A stretch of 64,000 bases of DNA from Octopus vulgaris (taxonomy: Eukaryota). This document shows positions 49,691 to 59,878 of this stretch, piece after piece. The translations under genes and the position numbers were made by a program. Positions within the stretch are counted from its first letter, which is position 1; each line of letters starts with the position of its first letter. The stretch lies in assembly GCA_951406725.2 (NCBI GenBank), contig OX597818.1:121148001-121212000 (forward strand). Reading direction: 5' to 3'. The notes under the pieces are model-generated. The model saw only the letters and a list, made by a program, of their open reading frames with translations. It was not told the DNA's origin and did not search any database.

Positions 49691-52600
49691 TATACGACGG
49701 GCTTCTTTCAGTTTCCGTCTGCTAAATCCACTCACAAGGCTTTGGTCAGCCCGAGGCTATAGTAGAAGACATTTGCCCAAGGTGCCACGCAGTGGGAATG
49801 AACCCAGAACCATGTGGTTAGTAAGCAAGCTACTTACCACACAGCCACTCCTGCGCCTTTACTTATTTTCCACGTAGGACACAAAAATATTGACAATGCG
49901 TACTATTTTCAGGATGTTGACGACAAAATGTGCAGTCACACTCAAAATGGCAGCTTCTAAATCTTGTTTCCTGACTGAGTGAAAATGATCAAACTTTAAA
50001 CCTTTATAACTTTTAAAAACCCTTTTCAGGAAAAAGTAAAATAACTTCAGCAATTCAACTTGGAAAACTAAATTAATGTACCAAATTTTAAAATTTTTGA
50101 TAAACTTTTTGAAATGCTGGCAGCGAAATAGAAAAGATCCAACCACACAGCCATAGCTGTACCCATATTTTATTTCAGTGACTGAAGTACATTTATCATT
50201 ACAGGTAGCTATCATTGGTCCCTATGAGCACTATTCTAATATGTTGCCATGGATGGAACTGGGTGTGCCAGTGAGTATCCTTTCTGTATTTAAATTTACA
50301 TGTTTTTCTTATCTTCTATTTGCTACCTGCAAATGAATCTTTAAATTTACAGATAAATGTTTCACTATTATATCAAGACCTCCTGATGTCTTAAGAATAT
50401 AGAATTTCCAAGAATTTTAATATTTTTGTTCCTGTCATTGGTCTGTGGGACACTGCTTTGCAATAGTTAAGCAAACTTACTCCCATACTTTAATTTAGTT
50501 TTAAATTCTGGTACTTGTTCTATTAGTCTCTGTTGTTGAACTGTTGAGTTACAGCAAAATAAATTATCACCAGTTGTCAAGTGTGGGTTGCCTGCATACA
50601 TGTACATGTAGACATGCACATACATGCATGCACACAAACACACACATACAGGCTTTCATAGTTTCTGCTTACATGCAAATGATATTGGTTGGCCTACTAT
50701 AGTAGAAAAGATTTGCTCAAGGTGCCATGCAGTAGATCTGAACCCCAAATCATGCAATTGCCATGGCTGTGCCTATATATGTTTCTGGATGTACTTGCCT
50801 GAAAATATTTTGGTAATAGTTTCACTTGAATAACTAACATGTCCAGAAAAAGTCTGTTGCTGCTTCTCTGTAGAATATATTTCAGAGTGGTAATTATATA
50901 AATATTCTCATACAAATGTACAAATATTATACATTCAAATATTATACAAATATATAAATATTCTCATACAATGTATACCAGAGTAGCCATCATGTTACCC
51001 ATGATAGCCATCTGCATTGATAACATAGGTGTCAATACAACTAGGCAGCTGTCATCATTACTGTTTAATGTCCATGTTCCATATTGTCATGGGTTGGACT
51101 ATTTGACAGGAGTAAGATGACTGCACTAAGCTCCAAAGTCTGTTTTGACATGGTTTCTACAGCTGGTGGACCTTCATAATGCCAACCATTTCAGTGTTAC
51201 TGGGTGCATTTTACATGGTACCAACACTGGCGAGTTCACCAAATAATTTGCATGATAAGACCCTCCATCTGAGTGAAAATGTAGTATTGGAGATGGGTTT
51301 TCTGCTTGGTGTCTTGCAGTAGAGCAGATACATAGCTACCTAGCTACCCCAGTTGGGAAAGGAAAGATGGAGATGTCAGTGTACCTTCAAGTTATATGAA
51401 GATGAGTATAAGAGAAATGGTCCTGAAAATTGGACAAAGTGAACAGTTAGGTAAGTTTGAGAGTGTGAATCTTTAAGAATGGTAAATTGACCAAAACTGT
51501 TGAGTGTTGAACTAAGAAGCTTGAGGTACTTATATCTTTACATTCTGATTTCAGAATGATTTAACCCAAGGTTAAATTCGTTATCTTCCTGGTATTGATA
51601 AAATATCTAATAATCATGTGCTGGAGACCAATTTGTGTCCTTTCCCAAAAACTTGAGGCCTTGGGCTCATGTTGGGAGTCAAAATAATTGCATAATTCTG
51701 TAATTATGTGTATCTTAGACAATTTGAGTGTCATGGTTATGTATATTTATTTTGTAGATCTGCCGTGTAAAGGAAACTAATCATGGTCTGATCGATATGG
51801 ATCATTTGGAACAAGAACTAAAGGTTTGAATCATTTTTTATTAAAAGCTGAGTGCCACAAATTTTAGTAAAGTTCTGTTAAGTTAAATAAATCAGATAAA
51901 ATTCTACCTAACATTCTCACATTCCAGTCATGGCACAAGAACAATCAACTCTTTATTACAGGGATAACAGAAAATCTAGCAAAATGTCAAAAAAATAGCA
52001 GCCTTGTAGAAAGTGTCACTATAATATAGATTTTGTTTTGATATAAGGCGGTGAGCTGGCAGAAATGTTAGCACGCCGGGTGAAATGCGTAGCTGTATTT
52101 CGTCTGCCGTTATGTTCTGAGTTCAAATTCCACTGAGGTCGACTTTGCCTTTCATCCTTTCAGGGTCAATAAATTAAGTACCAGTTATGCACTGGGGTCG
52201 ATATAATCAACTTAATTCATTTGTCTGTTCTTGTTTGTCCCTTCTATGTTTAGCCCCTTGTGGGCAATAAAGAAATATATAATATAGTTTTTGTTTTGCA
52301 TTCTTCTCAATACTTAAGAGAAAGATTTTGTTGGAGAAATTACAGCTGAAAGGATTTGTGGTTGTTAAACAGTGAACTATTTATGGTAGAGAAATATTTT
52401 TTCTGATTAGTCAAGCGAACTGAATAATGTGGAGTTGCTTGCCATGCTTAAGAGTGCAAGAGAATGGCTGTTGTAAGATTTTAACATTGGCTGCATTTAA
52501 TCCAGTACCTTTATATTTCAACATCAGTTAATAAATTACAAAGCCAAATAATTATAGATGTGATGGGTGTGTGTCCTATCACTGGTGTGCAACTTCGTTT

Positions 52601-55600
52601 TTGTACTATGGTGGTAGGGATACTTAAACTAATAATGACACCTCTCTCTGTAAAAGGATTTGATAAAAAGATGTCACCTGTGTAAACAAAAAGACTATTT
52701 TGTATACTTGAATTAAGTTTCAAGTAATTGATCAAGGCCTCTTGAAGTATTAGCTTAAAGCAGGATAGGCTCTACCAGCACTACACAATCTATAAAAAGA
52801 AAATGTCCTTAAACTTTTTGATTCCACTCCAGGCTGCCCTTGGTTCGATGGTACAGACTTTATTTTCAAGTGATTTAAATCAAAACTTCTTATTAAAATT
52901 TCATGTTAATTTATGTTCCAAATATCAGCTTAACAATGATAATTTTACTAAATTCATTACATTAGCAAGCCATGCTACTCCAAACTGAAGACGAGCAATG
53001 ACTCAGAAACTAGTCTCTGGATGTTGGCTTAGCTGGGTGGAGGTGCTTATCTCCCCCTTGTAAACATAAGTACACAGGAAATGTATCAAGGCTAAATAGC
53101 AGAAGTATTATTCCCTTCATGTCAACTGTCACATTAAGTTGACAGCATACAACTACTTTATCGTATCACTACTGCATAAATCTCTGAGATTTAGAAATGT
53201 ATTATTTCCATTACTTTTTAAATTAATTGAAGCAAAGACAATGTATTTCAAAAGAAATTAACAGGATTAATTGGAACATTAACTGTAACAAGATTTGTGC
53301 TGAGAGCACATGTGTATCAAAATATTTTTCATTATTATAACTAGTAGGTTTTCTTATTTCTTTACTCCCCACAAGGGGCTACACACACAGGGGACAAACA
53401 AGAACAAACAAACTGATTAAGTTGATTATATCGACCTGCAAATAAGTAACGGGTACTTATTTAATCTGACCCTGAAAGGATGAAAGGCAAAGTCGACCTC
53501 AGCGGAATTTGAACTCAGAACATAGTGCCAAACAAAATACCGATAAGCATTTCGCCCGGTGTGCTAACATTTCTGCTAGCTCGCCGCCTTTCTATAACTA
53601 GTAGGTTTTCTACAGATGTTTATAGAGGGCATTCAATAAAATATCATTTCACATTTGTGTATAATCTTTAGTATGCCTTGCTATTTGTGGAAATTATTTA
53701 AAATTGCTGCATTTATTTCACTGTTCATTATTGATTCCAATTTATCATCATCGTTTAATATCCGTTTTCCATGCTGGCATGGGTTGAACAGTTTGACTGA
53801 GTTCTGGCAAACCATGAGGCTGCACCAGACTCCTGTCTGATCTGGCAAGGTTTCTACAGCTTGATGCCCTTCCTAATGCCAACTGCTCCAAGAGTGTAGT
53901 GGGTGCTTTTCACGTGCCACCAGCCAGTCAGGTGGCACTAGCATTGACCACATTCAGATGGTGCTTTTTACATGCCACCAGCACAGGAGCCAATCGGTAA
54001 AACAGTGGTGATGAAATTGATGCTAATAAATGTTTGTTCACATCCATTAGTTCATTTATTTTAGTAATTAACTGCTATAATAAAAAAAAAAAAATTTGAT
54101 TGATGTTGTTGCCAGTGCTGTTGGACTGGCTCCTGTGAAATGGCGCATAAAAAAACACCATTTGAGCGTGGCCATTGCCAGTACCACCTGACTGGCACAT
54201 AAAAGCACCCACTACACTCTCAGAGTGGTTGGTATTAGGAAGAGCATCCAGCTGTAGAAACTCTGACAGATCAAGATTGGAGCCTGGTGCAGCCATTTGG
54301 TTTGCCAATCCTCAATCAAATCATCCAACCCATGCTAGCATGGAAAGTGGACGTTGAATGATGATGATGATGATGATGATTAGTTCAAATATTACGAAGT
54401 CAACACTGAAGTTGATTATCTTCTGTTATTACTAAGAGTGATGAGTGATAAGGCTCCTTTGTTTACAATATTCTTCATGTTTGCTCCAATAACTAGCACC
54501 CCTTATTGGTTACAGTAACGAGGTTCCAGTTGATCTGATCAGCAGAACAGCCAGCTCATGAAACTTGCGTGAAAGTGGTTGAGCACTCCACAGAAATGCG
54601 TATCCTTAATGTAGTTCCCATGGAGATTCAGCATTTAACACAATGGGACACAGCTGGCTCTTTGAATTACAGGTACAATTCATTTTTGCCAGGTGAGTGG
54701 ACTGGAGCAACATGAAATAAAGTGTCTTGCTCAAGAATATAATTCACCTCCAGGAATTGAACTTGTGGCCTTCATCATCATTGTTCAACCGTGGTCGAGA
54801 CAATGGAATTTACTATGTTACGCCAGACCTCACGGTCCATCATAGCATTATGGAGGTCCTGTTGCTGGATGCCTGTATCCCTGGAGATTACATCAGGGTA
54901 GGAGAGTGTGCGCCCTCTGGTATCACGAACAGATGGCTTCCAGAGGAGAAGAGTAGAAATTACCTCGTTTTCAGCTCTACAACAATGTCCAGCAAACTGG
55001 ACTCTTCTACCTTTCACAAGAGATGATACAGGTGGTAAGCCAATTACCTTAACTACTAAGCAACACACCCTCACACTCGAATAAAATCTTATTTTAATAA
55101 CATATTTCTTACTAATGATTTCCATAGTGAAATGGAGACTTTTTATTATTTAAAATTTTTTTTTTTTCTTTACAGAAATGGAGTAAGAAGTCCTTTGATA
55201 TTATTGTGGCATTTTCAGCTGCTAGCAATGTAACCGGAATAGTAACTGACACAGAAAACGTTGCCAAACTTGTCCATAAATATGGTGGATTATCATTTTG
55301 GGATTATGCTACATCAGGCATGTGTTTTATTTTTGTCTTGTTTTTTATAGATTAATTGATTATTTCAAAACTATTGGGTATTGAGACCAAATCTATATAA
55401 ACCAGAAAACCCTGAATATGCAACAGAAAACTCTGAATATCACTTATTTTTCTTTCCATTTTGTGTACAGTAATTTTAACTTGTAATTTTAGTTTCCGTT
55501 GCTGTAGTTCTTTGCCCATGTCTGCATTTTGTCTTCTCTTTAAACCTTTCTTATTTCTTTATTGCTCACAAGGGGCTAAGATAGAGGGAACAAACAAGGA

Positions 55601-58600
55601 CAAACAAAGGGATTAAGTTGATTACATTGACCCCAGTGCGTAACTGATACTTAATTTATAGACCCTGAAAGGATGAAAGGTAAATTTGACCTCGGCGGAA
55701 TTTGTACTCAGAATGTAACGGCAGACAAAATACCTATTACTTTACTTCCCACAAGGGGTTACACATAGAGGGAACAAACAGATTAAGTCAATTACATCGA
55801 CCACAGTGCATAACTGGTACTTTATCGACCTCGAAAGGATGAAAGGCAAAGTCGACCTCCACCAAATTTGAACTCAGAATGTAATAGCAGACGAAATACT
55901 GCTAAGCATTTCACCTGGCGTGCTAACGTTTCTGCCAGCTCGTCTTTAATCCTTTCTGATGAGTTGTAGTGCACCTGATCATTGTATACAATAAGCTCAT
56001 TATTATTAATCTATTTTTTTGTCATCTTTGGCTCTAAGTATTCAAAAATCTTTATTACAATTATTACAACAGTTTTGTTTGTTTTGTTTCAAGCTCCATT
56101 GGTCTTGCTGGGGCAACCCCTCTCTAGTGCTGGTGCTATGAAAAACTGCACCCAGTACATTGGGAAGTGGTTAGTGTTAGGAAAGGTATCCAGTCCAAAC
56201 AATGATATAATAATAATAATAATAATAATAATTGTGTACAGTGCTCAGGTGCACTACAATGGAACACAATGCAGTACTCCAATTTAATGAATCCTTTCAA
56301 ACCGTCTGACCCAGGTCAGCATTGAAGACAGAAACGAAATGGTGATGATGATATCACCTGTTTGTCAGGAATTTCATTAAAATAAAATTAATGGTAAAGA
56401 GAATTCTTTTTTAATTTAATAAGATCTGAAGTGTTGTCTTCAGTTTTGATTGTGAAGAAGTTTGAGTTACTTCATCATCATCGTTTAATGTCTGCTTTCC
56501 ATGCTAGCATGGGTTGAACGATTTGACTGAGGTCTGGTGAACCAGATGGCTGCACTAGTCTCCAAGCTGACCTGACAGTTTCTACAGCTGGATGCCCTTC
56601 CTATTCTTTTTCTCTGGGATCCAATAGGCTCAATTTCTTTAGCATGCCAAGCAAAATGCTTAGCAGCATTCTGTCCATCTTTATGTACTAAGTTGAAGTT
56701 CCTTTGAGGTAGACTTTGCTTTTCAAATTTTCTGGTCAATAAAATGAGTACCAGTCGAGTACTGGGGTCGATGTAATCAACTTCCTACTCCCCTGAAATT
56801 ATTTGGTCTTGGGCCAAAATTTGAAACCAATAAACTCACTTTGTTGTAAAGATTGTTTGCCAGCATAACATGGCAGTCTCTATTTAGAACTAATGTTGCT
56901 GTAATTTAGCTCCAGGAGACACCGTCTCCATCTGGCTATACAACACGATCTGTGTCCTTGTATTTTCAAACAAGGGAATCTAGCACCCCACCCCAACTCA
57001 GCTCAAAACAATATCTGTGTATTGTGATTTCCAGGTTATTTCTCTTCATCAGCACAGAATAATTGTTCGGCTAGAGGTGGCGCTGCCAAATTCCCGTTTG
57101 AAATATAAAGTTTTCAAATTGACAGCTAGTCACTGATTTATAAATTAGAAAATTACTATACGACACATCGTGTCATATAGCCAGCTGGAGACGATATCTC
57201 CTGGGGTTAAATTACAGCAACATTCGTCCTAAACCAGGACTGCCATGTTATGTTGGCAAACAATCTTTACTACAAAGTACAGTTGCTGAATATCTCATGT
57301 TGTGAGATTTAAAAATAGTAATTTTCCAAACTAACTTTAGTTCAAATGTATCTGCTGTTTCCTTCCATACACAAATGTACTAATATGGGAATACTCTGTA
57401 TCATATTTTGTCTTTTGGTTTCTTTTTAAACAGCACCTTATGTGGATATTGACATGAATCCCCAAGGCGAAACTGCGTAAGTATTTTATCCAACTCGGTG
57501 ACCCTTGAATTCTTTTTCTTTATTATTTCAAATGTTTTAGTTGTTGGTTTGTGGCTATACTGTGTATTGAGACCCACTTCCATCATGACTGACCATGGGA
57601 TTGCACCTAGAAAGTTACCCTCCCAGGCACAAGTCTGGGCAAGGTTGTTTTTATGGAAGACTAATGATTTGTACCTATGGGCAAGTGATGGCCCTCAAGA
57701 CTTTCTGAATAGCACACTTAATGAAAAATTACCTTGACTTTGCCAGTCATTTTGGAGTCGACGAAATCAGTACCAGTTATATGCTGAGGGCAATTTAATC
57801 AACTACACTCCTGCTACAAAAATGTAGCTTAAATTTTAAGCTCTGGATATACATAAAAATATATTCTTTTCATTTATATTTAAGATATAAAGATGCTGTC
57901 TATCTGAGCCCACATAAGTTTGTCGGTGGACCTGGAACTCCTGGTAAGTTGATGTTAATTCAGATAATTTCCTTTTCCAGAAATCCCTTAACAGACTGGC
58001 TCAAATATCACTTATAAACTTATTTACAATAATTTGTTGGAGACGTATCAGTTCCTCTAAATATTTGAACTAAATTGTTTCTAAGAGAATCATTCTCAAA
58101 CCATTAATTTCATGTTTAGAGTTGAAGTGGGCAAAAAAATGTAATATCTACACTTCTATATTTAAGAGATGAGGAATTATGTACATTATTATTTACATTT
58201 GACAGATATTTGTCTTCATCTTGTTTGTTGTTAACACATTTCGGCTGATATACCCACCAGCCTTCATTAGGTGTTTTGGTGAAATTTTGAACCTGGTTCT
58301 CATTCCTAAAGTTTTTTTTTTTTTGATATTATTAATGTCACTGCCTGGAATCGAACTCGGTCAGAATCTTGGGGTTAGTAGCTCACGCTCTTAACCACTA
58401 CACCATATGCCTGTGAATACTAGATTAATAATGGAGGAATTACAACCATGTTTCGTGGTCTGCTATCACTACAGCTCCTTTATAGGATCCAGTTAGCTCA
58501 AGACATCATCAGGAGGAACCACATCCGGTTTCGGCCCCTACTCCTCTACCGTTTTGACGTGGCGGCCCCACCCCTTTCGGAGGTGTCTTCAGCTCTGGTG

Positions 58601-59230
58601 TTGGGTGCATGTCTTCTTTCTTCTGTTCCCTTAACCACTACACCATATGCCTGTTAATAATGAGTTATTTTGCTAAATCATTGAATAAACTTAAAACTAA
58701 TTGAAATGGACAGGTTATTTCAACAAACAGTAACAAAAGAATCAGGGTTACACACTATCTTCATTTCACTTTGCAACATTCTCATCTTTTCAATTTGTTC
58801 ATTTAACTTCTCTCCCTCTCTCTCTCTTTCATTTTATCTCTTACTCTCTTTGCCTCACTCCTAACAGTGTATTTTAATTTGTTAATTTATCCTTAAATTT
58901 GCTCAACCAACAAGTCCATTGTAAATTTTGAAAAAAGAATTTCTAAAAAAAAAACTTTGTTGTCTTTACAGGTCTTCTTATTGCCAAGACCAAGCTTTTC
59001 AAGAATCCTGTTCCTGATAGTGTTGGTGGAGGGACAGCATTGTTTGTAAGTTAGACTTTCTTTTATATTGTCTATAATTGCTTTATAGCCTAACCCTGGT
59101 TAGTAATGATTATGAACTGCATGATGGTCCATTTTTATTGACTTGATATATATATAATCTGACAAATTATGTTGAAAAAGGTACTGAATTGTTAGTTCAT
59201 ACAGTAGATCAATCATCCTTTAATGCCCAT

Positions 59231-59298
<68 letters not shown>

Positions 59299-59838
59299 TA
59301 TATTCCTCCCTGGATGAGGCATGGGTCCATTACAAGATGAGTGAACCGGGTGAATGTGAAATGAAGTGATTTGCTCAAGAATACATTGCATTGCCTAGCC
59401 CAGGAATTGAAACCTCAATCTTGCAATCATGAGTCCAACACCCTAACCACTTAGCTATGAGCCTCCATGTCTTTCTGTTATCCTTTAAAATAATTTCTTC
59501 ACTAAACAGGTTAACTCTTACAGTCGAAGACATTTAGATATTTTGTTGAAATCAACTTTTATCCTATTCTTTATGTAAATGATTACATCCTACTCAGCCT
59601 TCTATTTGAAAGCAGGATCCACACATTTTCAGTTAAGATCCTTATTTTCTCAAATTTTATACTTACACAAATATTGTTTCTCTTTCTGAAAGGTCACACG
59701 AGACACTCACCTATACCTTAAAGATATTGAAAGCCGTGAAGAAGGAGGAACACCTGGTATCATTGAAACTATTCGTGCTGGACTGATTTTCCAGTTGAAA
59801 AGGGTTTTTATACTTCATTAAATCTCTGTCTGCCTGCC

Positions 59839-59878
<40 letters not shown>

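Noticed and set aside
55956-56008. CTGATGAG motif
   Set aside because: Part of the CR1-like tail; no GAAA or stem III.
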